NCBI RefSeq assembly: GCF_036321535.1
Contig: NC_087437.1
Coordinates: 50,904,001 to 50,968,000 of the forward strand
Reading direction: 5' to 3'
Source of the DNA: Camelus dromedarius
Lineage: Eukaryota
DNA: 64,000 nt
Shown: piece by piece, positions 37,763-50,812 of the stretch
Layout: every line of letters begins with the position of its first letter
How positions within the stretch are numbered: the first letter of the stretch is position 1
Translations under genes and position numbers: made by a program
Notes under the pieces: model-generated
Told to the model about the DNA's origin: nothing
The model's input: only the letters and a program-made list of their open reading frames with translations
Database searches by the model: none

Positions 37763-40442
37763 CAAAAGAATGCTGACTAATATAAGAATGTTGAGCAATA
37801 GGGTGGATGGTGAGCTCCAAGGCAGTTTCACCAAAACCACAGATATTCAACATCTGGTCATCTCCACTCAGGGACTGTTTGGTGTTACCATATTAGAATC
37901 TATCTCTATAAAGGCATTTGCATGGAGAGACAGTTATACATCCATGTACTTGAGGGAGGGATAAAGCTTAGAACTTGTGATATAAATGATGAAAGTATTT
38001 CTGTTGTGATCTAGTTGAATGCTGCATGGAACACTATTCAAAAGTGGAGAATATTTTTTTTCTGTTCTTGATTGAAAGAAGATCCACATGCCCTAGACAC
38101 TGGGGTGGAGATAACAGACGACATTTTATTGAAAATCCAAAGGATCTGATTGCACTTCCACTCTGGAGCAGCAACTGCTGCCCAGCATCTTCCAATCCTA
38201 AGAAAAGTCTGCAGGAGTCACTATGTGGGCATAGCACATCTGTGTCCAGATGATCACATGAGTGACCTATTGAATCCACAAATTCTGAAGCATTTTGGGT
38301 TTTCTAACTGCTCCTTCCAATTTTTCCTGTGGTGACAAAGCTTTATCGTCCTTCCCTTTTCTAAAGTTGTGCAATAGCCTCCCGACTCTATGAGGACTTT
38401 CTGCTCTCACCAGGATGTCACTTAATCAGTGACAGAACCTGCAGAAGGAACATCAAGTTTTTATTCACGTCAAACATTTACAGGGTGTCTGCTGAATGCC
38501 AGCCTTTGCAGTGGTGCCAAGGGCCCTCTCATAGCCCATGCTTTCAGCCTTATTCCAGTCCACACATGATGGATGATGCTTGCATGCCACAGTCTCTCAT
38601 ACCCAGGGCTGCCCACAATCTGGAGGGAGAGGAGGAATAAAAGGGCAAGTAATTGTCCTCTTGCCTTCTAGGATCTCAGGATCCTTGTCTCTGATGCATA
38701 TGTGACAAGAGCCCTGGAATTCCCTGATACTTGCATAGTTTTCCTGTTACCTTAACCCCTATCCTGGTGCAGACCTGTCACATAGTAGCTGCATATAATG
38801 GACCTTTGTCATTTGGTTGCTAGGTGGCAAATCTTCCTCTGAGTGGGATGTAGTGTAGTGCAGAAGCCACGTCTGGATCCAGAAGTGCTCACTTTCCAAC
38901 ACACAGAGCTAATGCCCTACCATGTAACTCGGCCTGGACCAATCCCAGACAATGAATTGGGAGCTGGTGATGCAAACAAGCAGGGACCGAGGAGAACCTG
39001 TCCTGGTGGAGGCAGCACAAGCGGCAGCAGCCTCCAGTTTCCCGAGACCACAGACGCAGCAGTGCCGGGGCCACAGCTGTAGTAGCCTTGGCCTCCAGGA
39101 TCCTGCAGCTGCAGGGGAGTCCTCCCCCAGGGGTTCTGGGTGGCTTTGGGCTGTGGTCCTGCCCACTGCCTGGCCTCCCTTGCACCTGTTCTCTGAGTTT
39201 GGCACTCCAGGCTTCTGGAGGATTCTGTGAGTTACTTATATAAATCCCATTCTCAAAAGAGGTGGTTGATTTCTATTCCTTGGAACAAAGAAATCTGGTT
39301 TGTTACCATGCATAAAATGTTTAGGCAGATAAATTCATAAACAAATCCATTTTGTTATGTGTATTTCATAAGAACTCACCAGGATAGGTAGACACAAACC
39401 ATTAGCCTCACTATGTTGTTGGTATGTTTCTGAGCCCCAGAGGGACCAAGCCAATGATTCCTCCAAGATTTACACAGCCAACAAGTGGCAGGGTCTGGAC
39501 TCAAATCCCAGTACAGAACTTTAAGACAGTGTTCTTTCCACTATACCAATAGTTATTGGTTCCAGCCCCCAGTGAAGTCCCGTAGGTTCTTGAGGCCCTA
39601 TATTTTCGAAGTATACTGTCTCTTCACCTCATACCCTGACCTACCTCCTGGGCTTCTAGTTAGCCCCTTGACCCACAACAGTACCCTAAAGCAAGCTGGG
39701 GCTTTGCTACCAACATCTGCCAGCTCAGCCCCCAGACACAAATTGGACTGAACATTCCTACTGTATCCTGCCTGTGCATGTGTGTGTATGCACACAGGGG
39801 CAATGATTTTTACATCTTCTCATCATTTTCAGCTTATGTAGACCACAGTAGTACACAATGGGGAGGAGGAGTCAATGGTCTTACACAGGAAATGTCCCAA
39901 CAGCCATACTTCTGCCCAGTGGAGACCTCTGTTTTCAGTTTGGATCCCAACAGGGAAACCATTCTTCCCATCAAAGTGAACTCCCTGGAGGGTGAAATGG
40001 AGACAATGCTATCTACTTGTTGTTATTTAATTGTCAATATTGTGAGAATTAAATGAAATGAAAAAGAATCCAGCCAAGTTCCTGGCATGCGGTAAGTGCT
40101 CAAAAACTGTTAGCCTTTCCATATTTTAGACTCTGAAAAATACTTGATACAAAGATGTTTATTACCACATCCTTTATAAAAACAAAATTTTGGAAGCGAC
40201 CTATACCCACAATGAATGATTTGCATATTATGCATCTATTTAAAATGGTAGCTAAATAAATAATAGTCAAGAAAACCATGGAGCACTTTGAGGGAAAGAT
40301 TATACTGAAAAAAGAGTGCAAAGCAAGATGCAAAATTATATGTAAACTATGTTTACAAAAGTAAACAAAAATACGCAGATGAAAAAAAGGTAGAAGAATA
40401 ACACTAAAATGAAAATTAACTTTATTAGAAAGTTTCATAATT

Positions 40443-40751
40443 TCTTATCCCAGAATCTTGCAGCTAGATGTGTTTTGACATTCAGAATTGTTTGGCTGTT
40501 ACCATACCTTGGATACTATACAGCACCTCCAGCACTCCACAATCCAACACCTCAGTACTTCAGCAGGGAATATATAGTTATCCTCAGGGAAATAAAAACT
40601 CTAAATAGCTGCCTCTCAGTTCAGGACAGGTATCTCCACCAGAGAGGTACAATTCCAATTGGATTTAGCCAGCAAATAAGTTTTGAAAAACTTTTCCATT
40701 TGCAGCACTTTGGGGATTTTGAAATTGCAGATAAGAGACTAGAGGCCTATA
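40443..40751. mobile_element. Tigger-derived MITE (MER46C-like)
   Basis: Inverted-type ends cttatcccagaatc...gcagataagagactagaggcctata and internal tagatgtgttttgacattcagaatt. Confidence 0.5.
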
Positions 40752-43700
40752 GTTCCTTAAATATTAACCACCACGCTGGTTCTGTGAAAAGGGCAATATT
40801 AAAAGTGTAAAACACAGGACCTGATGCTGGAAGTACAATCATCAGTTCATTTGAGTTCACTGGGAGTAATCAACCCACCGTGGCAGAACGACCTTCAACG
40901 CTTTTGCTGTTAGCCAGATTTTTAACCCAGACCCAGATGTCTGTAATTCATTCCTGTTTTCCTTGGCACTTATTCTATCACTTGCTGGCTCCTTTCTAGA
41001 CATCTTACATCATTACAGAAAAAACGCAAAGGGTTACAACATCTGAACAGGGCTTAAGAGTAGCCTCTTGGCCCCCTTTATGCCATCCAGTTAATATAGA
41101 ATAATGATTAATAAGTTATGCCCACAGTACCCTTCCCATTCCTGCATTATGCTTGATTTCTATAGCTAGTGGTCAAAGTCTCCTTGTCATAGCCTCAGAG
41201 AGCCAGACCCAAAGACTGAGGTACTCAGGTACAAGGCAGGGGCCAAGTCCAGGCAGGGATTTCAGGCAACAGCAGCAACAAAGGAGCTTGTTGTTGACAA
41301 CCTCAGCCTGGAAGTTTTTGTACTCATGTAGGAAGGGCCAGTCATCAGGTAGAACTGAGAGAAGACTGATGACCCCTCCCTACGTCGCAACTACCCCCTC
41401 CTTCTGCTCACCCTGGGAATCACAACAAGGTTGCCCTCACAGGTCAACATCATTTGTGGGGTGTGCCATCGTTGGCAGTGAGTTGCTCCCCCATAAATGG
41501 ACAGAACTACTTGCCTAAGTGGAGATCATTTGGGAAGCAGGTTCATTACTCCGGATACACAACCCCTTCAAGTGACTTTGTTTTGGGGACCTGTCTAAAT
41601 GCATAACACAGTGGCAGCTTTACTAGCAGTCTTATAAAAGATACTAGTAGTCTTATAATATTTCTGAAAACATTATTATGAATGTTAAATCTATGCTTCC
41701 CTTGATTTTTCTGTCCTGAGAATATTTGGACACCTTGACATTTGGCTTTTTGACATGTAATGTATGCTATGCACTACTTTCTAAGTTTTATTCTCCCTCA
41801 CCCTTTTCTCAGCCTCAACCCTATGTGTTTTCCCAGCTTCCTCATTCCACTCCAGACTTTTAAATAGGCCCCCAAGGGGAACCACATTGTCTGAGTTACT
41901 AGTCCCTGTTTACAGCCACCATAATTACATATGCAGCTAGATGATAGCTGGGCAGCAGGTCCAGAGAACGTGTATAGGATAATGGAAGTGAGAAAAATAT
42001 TGGGGTAAATGGAACTGCTACATTCTCTGATGCACCAGACCACATGAAAGATCATTGTGGAGAGGCTGTGAGCAAGAGATACCCCAGAAACTAAGCAAAT
42101 GGAAAAAAGAGTGAATTATTAACTTCAGGAAAGACAAAAAAGTTTACAAGAAAGGAAATTGTATGTAATCATAATATACAATTTGGTTCAAGAAGAAACA
42201 ATGTTTTCAGGGATATAATGTAAACTTTTAATACAAATATATCCAAAAATGTGAAAACATTGCATTGAGATTATAGAGAAAGGAAGGATAGGGTACGGGA
42301 GTTGGGTATAAGTGCCAAGTTCTTATCAGACATACTAGGAAATTAATAAATGATGACTAACACTGAGAAATGAAGAAAGAGCAGTGTAAGCATATTTTGT
42401 AAAAATATAAATATAATACCAGAAGAAACAGAAACAGCTAAATGTCAAAAATGGTGGGCTCCTGTGAACAAGTCTGAATGGTAGAGGAGGGAAAGAGGAA
42501 TTTTTGGTTTTCATTACAAGCCTTTAAATACTACTTGACTCCTTGTTAACTATTTGTACATAGTGCTTTGATAAAAATAAATTTTGATTTTAAAAGATAT
42601 ACATGAAAATCTGAAAGGCTGTGAAGAGAGAGTTCACGGGAAAAGAACTGCAGACAACCCTTAAAATATGAAAAGGTGTTTAACCTTATTAAAAATAAGA
42701 GACATGCAAATTAAAACTAACTTGAGACACTATTTCCCATCTATCAGACAGGGAAAAACCCCAAAGTTAGATGCAAGGCTGTGAGGAGTACAAAATTACT
42801 GAACCTCTCTTCAAAAGAATCTGGCAATATACACTACAACTGTGTATGCATTTCTCTTTGACTCAGCAAACCCTCTTCTAGAAATGCACCCCCAGACAGT
42901 TCTGCATGCATATGAAATGACATTATTAGGCTAGTCACAATAAAATTGTTTATAACAGAAAAAAATTAGAAATAATCCAAATGTCTGTCAATAGAGGATT
43001 GATTAAATAATGGTTCAATCACTTAGTGGAAAATATTTATGATCTCAGTGAATAAAGGGGGGGAAAACCTGCATAATTTTACAACCAGCTTCCAGGTCCT
43101 CCAGAGAACCGAGGGCTGTGTTGGAAGCCTCTCAGACAGAGCAAACTCTCTGCCCTTCCGAAGTCTGAGCATAAGAGGAACTTGGTTCCCAACCCCTTTC
43201 AAAATCTTAGAAACAAAGCAAGATGTGGTGAGGTAATGTCAAACTTAATGTCAGTCCTAGACCCAAATCCCACTTGGCTGCTGTGTTAACTGAGACATTC
43301 GGGGGGTTGGTTCCTCATCTGGAAATGGGGAGACAGTTCCCCACTTCACAGGGTTGTGAGGATTAGTGGGACAGTGTCTGTGACATAGGTGGCACAGGCC
43401 TGACCCACAATAAGTGCTCAACAACAGAAGTTATTTTTAATAGTAGTACCGGAAAAAAGAATCCTGTCTCCAGGACTGTGTTCATTGTAAGAGGACAGTC
43501 ATCTTGGAAATACCAAGATAAGAATCAAAAAAGCATAGAAGGAATTTCCCTCCAGCTTCTAGTTGCCCCACTGCTGCCTCCGAGGGCTGGCACACACTTT
43601 CCCTAGTATCCTCTGTCAGCAGGGCTGGAAGGACCTGAGCCCAAACACTTTCTGTTTAGGCTGAGAAACACCAGGGCCAGAGAAACCAGTGACGTATTCA

Positions 43701-45356
43701 AGAGCACACAGCCATCGGTCCTGTTTCAAAGCCAGGCAGAGCAACTAATGAAATTGCTAATCAGGCACACACTTTATGATAGCAGTTTTCTAGTGACTCA
43801 AAACAGAATGAACAAGACTGAGAGTAAGTGCTCAGGACATGAGCAAAGCTGACTTTCATTCATTTCTGAAAGGGGTTGTTATCAATGTGACAGCATACGA
43901 TCAATACTGGTGGAGTAAGTAACATGTTTATCTATGTCAACCAATCATTATGGCTGTGCCTACACTTTATCTTTTATATACTTCTTGTGGGATGAAGCTT
44001 CCAAAGTAGGGGCAGTTTATATTTCAATAAAAGCAAAAATTTCTAAAATGTGCCCAATCCTTGCTCCAGCAATGACTAGATTTGTAATGTTGGGTTTCCA
44101 TTTCCTCATCTTCAAAAGGGTATATCAGCCACCTTTATCCTGCTGTTGCAAAAATAAAATCAGATAACTGTCTGGTACGTAGCAGGCACTATTTCCTACA
44201 AACCCAGATGTCCCCTTGCCTCATCTACATACAGGACCTAATCAGTCCCACAACAACCTTCCGACCCTGCTCTTTGAACTCCAAAGATTTTCCCATAATC
44301 ATCTCCAAAAAAAACCCAAAAACCAAAACAAAAAAACCTGAAAAAATAAAATATCTTCCGTGATATTTACATAGGTAAGTAGTTTTAAATTTCCCCAGCC
44401 AGAATCAAGATTTAAGAAGAAACTTGTTAAGAATAATTACCAGAATATTTCTTTTTCAAGTGCCCCAAATACCTTCTGCATCCACATTTCCCTTGGGGAC
44501 TGGTTCTCACTGGGTCTACATCAATCTGGAGAACTCTGGAGCCATCCAAACTCACTGGGTTCCAGACTCTCCCACATTCTTACTCCAAGCATTTGCTCAA
44601 TGGACAGTTCTTAGCTGAACTAAGCAGAACAAGGTGAAGAGTTTCAACAAAGATATATTGACCATCTACTAGATGCTAGGCACTGTGTGAGACCTTCTCC
44701 TCCCTCATGTTTAATTGTCACAACAATCCTGACAGATAATCATCATTGTCCCCATCTTACAGATGGCAAAACAGAAACTCAGAGCATTAAGTGACTCGTG
44801 TAACGTCCCAGGGTCAGGAAGGGGCAGAGTAGAGTGGAACCCAGATCTCTGGGTGTGTTGTTAACTAGTGGTCTCTCAATTCTAAAGCACCTTTGTAACT
44901 GCTTTCCCTTCCCACCCACTCCCTGTGCACAAACAGAAGTCCCTAATTTTCAGCAAGTCACTGGATAACTTTAGAAGAGTGGCCACATCCTTTTCTATAC
45001 CTCTACTGGTGAACAAAGACAACATCATGTTTCCAAAACACTAGTCAGACAGAGGGGAAAAAATCCCCATGACTTCAGTAATTTTCCATCCTCTGGAACA
45101 AGGACACATACACAGAAGGTTCACCAGAATATAGAAACATTGCTTTTAAATGATGCCAATCTCTCTTTTAATATGACTTAAGTCCTAAAATCTAAGATTT
45201 AATAGTTTCCTTTTTGTATCTTGAATAGACACGCAAATCTAAATAAATATACAAACTGTAAATGCAACAGCCAACTATTTAGATTGGGCTCTCACATCAA
45301 TACAGATTTTCCTTACGTCTTGCACCCAATTTGCCTCTGGTCCTAGGTGTGCTGAC

Positions 45357-45649
45357 CTGAAATAGTTGCTGGCCGCGGCAAGCACCACGCGGTGGCAGGA
45401 GAATTCCTGAATGTCCACACACAAGATGACGTCTGTCAGAGCGTTTTCCACTCGGAGGGTCTCCAGGCCATTCTGCAGGATTAAGGAGAGTCCCGTGTCG
45501 TCAAATTTTACTTTATCCCCATTTAAGATTTCTACCAAGTCTCCCCTTTTCTTGGGGGGGTCATCTGTAGAAGGTACCAGGGGCTCTTCCAAACTCTTCT
45601 CCACCACGTCGCCCATGGTCCAGGTGCCCCTTTGTCCTGCCATCAGCAT
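45357..45649 (-). CDS. KLHL6: Kelch-like protein 6, coding exon 1 (N-terminus and first part of BTB/POZ domain)
   Basis: Translates to [21 protein letters not shown]...[28 protein letters not shown], recognised as the KLHL6 N-terminus with the BTB HRxVLAAxSxYF motif. ATG at 45649-45647; donor AG|GTCAGC after 45357; 293 nt, phase 2. Confidence 0.96.
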
Positions 45650-45800
45650 CCAGACTGAAGGAGCGCCCAAGTTTCAGGCAGGTCACATTGCAGAAGCTGA
45701 GCGGATTTCCTGTGCAGGGCCCTCCACTTATCACCAGCTGTCACACACACATAACAGGAAGTCTCGCACTTTCTCATCCTGTTACTACAAACGCCAGTAA
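45650..45800 (-). promoter_or_regulatory. Putative KLHL6 5'UTR and proximal promoter
   Basis: Directly upstream of the ATG: ETS cores (45705-45713, 45754-45762), GATA (45727-45733), E-box CAGCTG (45735-45740) and IRF/PRDM1-like GAGAAAGTG (minus, 45775-45767). The TSS is not visible from sequence. Confidence 0.55.
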
Positions 45801-48800
45801 CTTCTATTCTTTTTCTTTCTGTAAATCATCACAAGGTTAGAAATTACTTAGAAGGGTGTGTAGGAAGGGGCTCCAGAGAAAAGGAGTGGCTTCTCAGAGT
45901 CTGCTAATATGCTGTGTGGCTATTTTTGTCCACCTCCCCCCTCATATCCGTGAGCAGGAAGCCTCTGGTTCTGGTTATTACATTTATATTCCTGGTGCTT
46001 CTACAACCCAAGGTGTCAATGAGGAGATGGGCAGGGGATATTCTAAATCCTCCTCCTCCTTCCTGCCAGGAGTCTGAGACCCCATGATGAGCCCACGCCC
46101 AGTCCATTGGGAACTTTAGAAAACCCACTTAGCTAGGGTATCCCCCTTTCTATCTTTGTCTTCCTCCCTGCTGGGAAGAAGGAGGTGGGAAACAATGTCA
46201 TGGCAAATAGTCTATTGTTTTAGATATGCCTCAGGGAGCAGAAAAGAAATGGTCTCCAGAAACTCCATTCCCCAGGGTCTTCTCTCTTAGAAGACCAATG
46301 AGGGTATGTCGACACCAGACCTAGCAAGTCTCAAATTGGCCTGACCTTACCCAGCATCTATTGGTCATGCACCTAGTGGTGGATCATGAAGTAGTTTCAT
46401 TACCTCTGCAGGCATCCATTAAAAAGCAATAACTATCTTTTATTAAGCTCCTGCTATACCCTAGCAAATTTACAGGAGTTAATGTCTTTTAATCCTTATA
46501 ACAACCCAATGGCACTAGTATGACTGTCCTCATTTTATAGCTAAGGAAACTGAAACTGTGCTTAAGTGACTGGAAGGGCCCGGTTCTTGGCTATAAAGCC
46601 CCCGTTTCCTCCACCACCACCAGGCAACTGGAGCTGTAACACTGTGTCAGCCCTGGCTCCTTGTCTCCCATGGAGAGAACCATGGGGCTCACCCTCCATG
46701 GCTGCCCCAGTGCCTGGCACTTCCAAGTGGCCTCTGCTGTCTCACCTCTGCTCTCATTTACCTTCTAGCAGTGGGGAGTACTGCAGGTGTCCCTGATCAG
46801 CAGGAGCCCAATCCTTTCTCTGTCCTGATCAGTGGTGACTGAAGCCCTCTCCAGGAGTCACAGTTCTGTCTCAGCTCCTCTTTTCTTCTACCATGGATAC
46901 TTACTCCTAAAATCAGGGCCTTTGAATTCCCACAACACTTCTTCATCCAGAGCTCTGTCCATGGAGATGCTTTTGCCTCAGTGACGGAATATCCCATAAA
47001 AAGTGGTTTAAACAATAGGGACCTCACATTATAAGAAGCCAGAGGTGTGTAGTCCCAGGTTGATCCAGAAGCTCAGTGATGTACTCAAGAACACAGGATT
47101 TTTCCATCTTTCATTCTATCACCTTCGGTGTAATAGAGATGTATCCTCATGGTCACATAATGGCTGCCACAATACCAAACACCATGTCATCATAGAACCC
47201 CAGTCCAAAATCAGGAAGAAAAAGGGCAGGCTTCTTTTCTTCCATCTCTCTCTTCTTACCGGACAGAAAATTATTTCCTGAAACCCCTCTCAGACTTCTC
47301 CTAGGCCACTTGGCTACCTCAAACCAAACACCAGGGAATATAAATTGCCTAGTGTGACTGGCTTGCACCAAACACAATTCATCCACTGGGATTAGTCCTC
47401 TTCCCCCAAGATCAAGGAAGAGCCATCTGAAAGCTGAACAAAATTAGGGCCTGTTAACACAGAAGAGGGGGACAGGCTGGTGAGCAGTTAGCCTCCTGTG
47501 CCTGCCACAAGGACATACACAACCCAAACTCTTCCTGCAGCCTTGGCTGGGAGGAGCTCAGAACTTCACCTCCATGACTCTAACCACCTTCTCTAGAGCT
47601 GAGGACAACACATGACTGACCCTTCTCATGGCATTTTGTCCTTCAGAACCTATCAAATTATAAAACACATTGGCTATATCCAACTCCACCCCAACCACCC
47701 CAACTAAAACAAAATTAAGAATAAAACTCGATTCTTCATTCATGACAGATCCTGTTCACTATTCCATTATTGTTTCTCATGTACCTTCCAAGCCCACCCA
47801 CCCCATTCCCCAACATAAACAGATAACTGTTACCTTCCCTCTAACCCCCCATTTTCCTAGTAAGCAAGCACACCCATTGTTGTACCATGGGTGTGATAAT
47901 ATCTATGATTAGATTTTAGTGCAAAGGCAAAAACAAAATCAGTTTGGCATCTACATCAATCTGGATATGCTCTGAGATTCAGCACGAACTGGTAAATATT
48001 CCTTACAGCTACAAGCAAAATAATTGTTATGTGGAAGCTTTATTTTCCTACTAGGCAACAAAATGTACAAACCATTGGCAAAAGCTTTACTACTGAGAAA
48101 ACAATCTGATTATATCTTACTAGGCTCCCTGACTTTACGATGCTTGTAAGGAATAGATTCTGTCCCCAAACAAATGGGCAGCTGCACTTAAGGAAAATCT
48201 CTATTCCTAAGGCCACGTATTGCCCCTTCTGACTCCAGTCAGCTCTCTTCTCTAACACAAATTATAGTGAAAGAAACAAGTCTTAAGTCAGCTACAGAGG
48301 AAGAGCCACCGTTCCCTCTTGTTAACTTATTGCTACTAGAACTACCACCAATGCATATACTGAGCATCAGCTATGTTCCTGAAACTGTGAGCGGCACTAT
48401 GTGAATTCTCACGCACTTCATCTTCCCACTGATCCAGTGAAGTACTTTGCTCTCCACTTTAGAGACATGAAAACAGAAAAGATCACATAATTGCAGCACA
48501 GTATATCAGTGTCACACCTATACGCCCTCAGCCCGTCCTAGAGGTCACCTACAGACAATTCCCATACACCCAAAGCAGCACTATGCCTGACAGCATTCCC
48601 AGCTGCAAGAGGATGCCAGCTCACCAGAACCACTGTCAGGGTGGTAAGATTCTTGTTATGGAAGTAAGGATGTTTACTGAAGACTTCGGAATTACAAAGC
48701 AATAAGAAGAGTTCAGGATGCCATTTCTCAGAAAGACTTAGTGTTGGGGTTTTTTTTAACAAATAATACTAGCCATCTTCAATGGCACCACCTCCATGAA

Positions 48801-48952
48801 GCTTTCCCTCATCCCCTCAGCTGTATATTCTCTCTCACTTCCCTATATTTTTATGTCTTCTAAGACATGATTAAATATTTCTTGAGGATATGGATCTGAG
48901 ATTGTTTTCTAGATCATACAATCTTTGAGAGAAGGGATTTGTCTCCCATTTG

Positions 48953-49064
48953 TAGGGTGACAGTCTATCCTATTTTGCTGTACTGAGGAGTTTCCCAGGA
49001 TACCAGACTTTCTGGGTTAAAACTGGAACAGTCCTGGAAAAACTCAGACAATTTAGTCACCCTA
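48953..49064. mobile_element. MER81/MER94-like hAT-Blackjack MITE
   Basis: Perfect 9-bp terminal inverted repeat TAGGGTGAC...GTCACCCTA; 112 bp. Confidence 0.8.
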
Positions 49065-49595
49065 TCTTTATGCCCCCCAGCATGCCAAACACCTTGCCTA
49101 TCATAGGCATTTGATAACATTTTCCCAATCAATGTTGGAAAAGAGAAATTAGTAACGTTTTTCTTTGATTGGCAGTGAAGGTGGTCCTGTCTCCCTTCAT
49201 CTCATTCCTGCCCCATTCTTTCACGCCTACATTTCTGTTTCTTAGATATTTATCTAGCATCCTCTGAGCTAGACTCTGGATGTATTGAGACCTCTGAACA
49301 GGTCACAGGTGGTTTCTGCCCTCTCAGTATTGGAAAATAATCACCCATGAATATTTTCATGTGACTGTATGGTCTGGGCTTTCTGAGCAAAGAGCACTGG
49401 CACACTTAGCTAAAGGGAACTGAATTAAAAACATGCCTCAAGAGTTAGAGACAGTGCATTGCTCCAGGGAGATTTAGGTACTTGCTTCCTCCTGAAGCCA
49501 TTTGCTTATACTGCATGGTAGTAAAGGAGAAGTGCAGACTGTCCACTCCTCTCCCCAGAGGGGATTGGTTTACATTCCAGAATAATAATCAGTGC

Positions 49596-49621
49596 CTCTC
49601 TCTCTCTCTCTCCCTCTCTCT
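49596..49621. repeat. (CT)n microsatellite
   Basis: ctctctctctctctctccctctctct. Confidence 0.8.
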
Positions 49622-50689
49622 GCAGGAGAGAATGGGCCAATGTGCCAGCTGCCCTATATGAGCTCTTAGTCTCATAACTTTGGGGTTACTCTCCTGTGGT
49701 GCAACCCCCATTGCACTCTCAGGGTAACAGCAGGCTCTCACTGCATTACCCATAGGGATTGATTGGGATGCAGGAAACTAGTAAGAAGATGGTCTGTAAT
49801 AAATTATCTTTTCTCTGATTCAGATAATTTGTGTTTCCTCTCAGAAAAAAAGATTTAAATATATATATATACACACGTATCTAACATGCAGTTCATTTTA
49901 ACCTAATTTCTCCAGGGCGAGGAGCAAGAGCTGTAGGAGGGTGGAACAGCAGAGTGAACAAAGTAAGATTTGCTTCAGGGTCTTGGACCCCGTACTTTCC
50001 TCTCTGCCTGCAAAATGCCTACTCATCCTTCATGATAAATGTGCCTCCTGCCTCCATATAGCGTCCTCAACACACCTCACTTATTATAGACCCTGCCTGG
50101 GTACACGCTGCACCACCAATGCGGCTGTGGATGTGCTAGGTTCGTTATCTGACCACTCGACTGTCTCCCCCAGGAAGCCGTGAGCTCAGCGAGGGCAGGG
50201 GCTATGCCCCCATCTTAAACCCCAGAGCCTGGCACAAGCCTGATTACATAGGATTCAATCAAGAAATACGGGATGGTACATGGATTTCACGGTTGGATGA
50301 AAGAAAAAATCAAAACCGTGAGAAGGTGAGGAAACCTGTTGCTGGCATCAGGGGAGGGGCTCTGCCTCGGTGGCCAGTAACTCTCGTATGAGGAGGTTCT
50401 GAGTGGCTGAGGTCATGTGTGAACTGATTGGGAGGACATTTACAAGGAGAACTTACAGGAAAGAAAAGGGTTAGGGCAAAGGCTTTCCAAGGGAAAGAAA
50501 CAGCATATGTACAAAGAGGTGTAAAAGACACAGCGTATTTGGAGTACTCAAACCATTAGGTACAACAAGGGAATAAGGTGTGTGAGTGGGAGGAGGTTGA
50601 AAAGGGGGTACCACAGTAAGAGACCAGGCCAGTGAGAGGATTTGGCTCCATTCCCACCGGTAATGATGCTAAAACTGGAGCATGCTTCA

Positions 50690-50812
50690 GCATGACCTGG
50701 GCCCCAGACTTTCTGCTTTGGTGGGTCTGGGGTGGGGCCTGAGAATTTGCATTTCTAACAAGTTCCCATGTGATACTGATGCTGTGGTCCCAGATCATTC
50801 TTTGAGAATCTG
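50690..50812. mobile_element. MER5A fragment
   Basis: ggggtggggcctgagaatttgcatttctaacaagttccca.gtgat.ctgatgctg, the diagnostic MER5A core. Confidence 0.8.

Noticed and set aside
45650..45670. N-terminal extension of KLHL6 from the TTG used by the ORF track
   Set aside because: Artefact of alternative start codons in the track; the first ATG is at 45649. Track extensions beyond the splice sites of the other exons are intronic as well.
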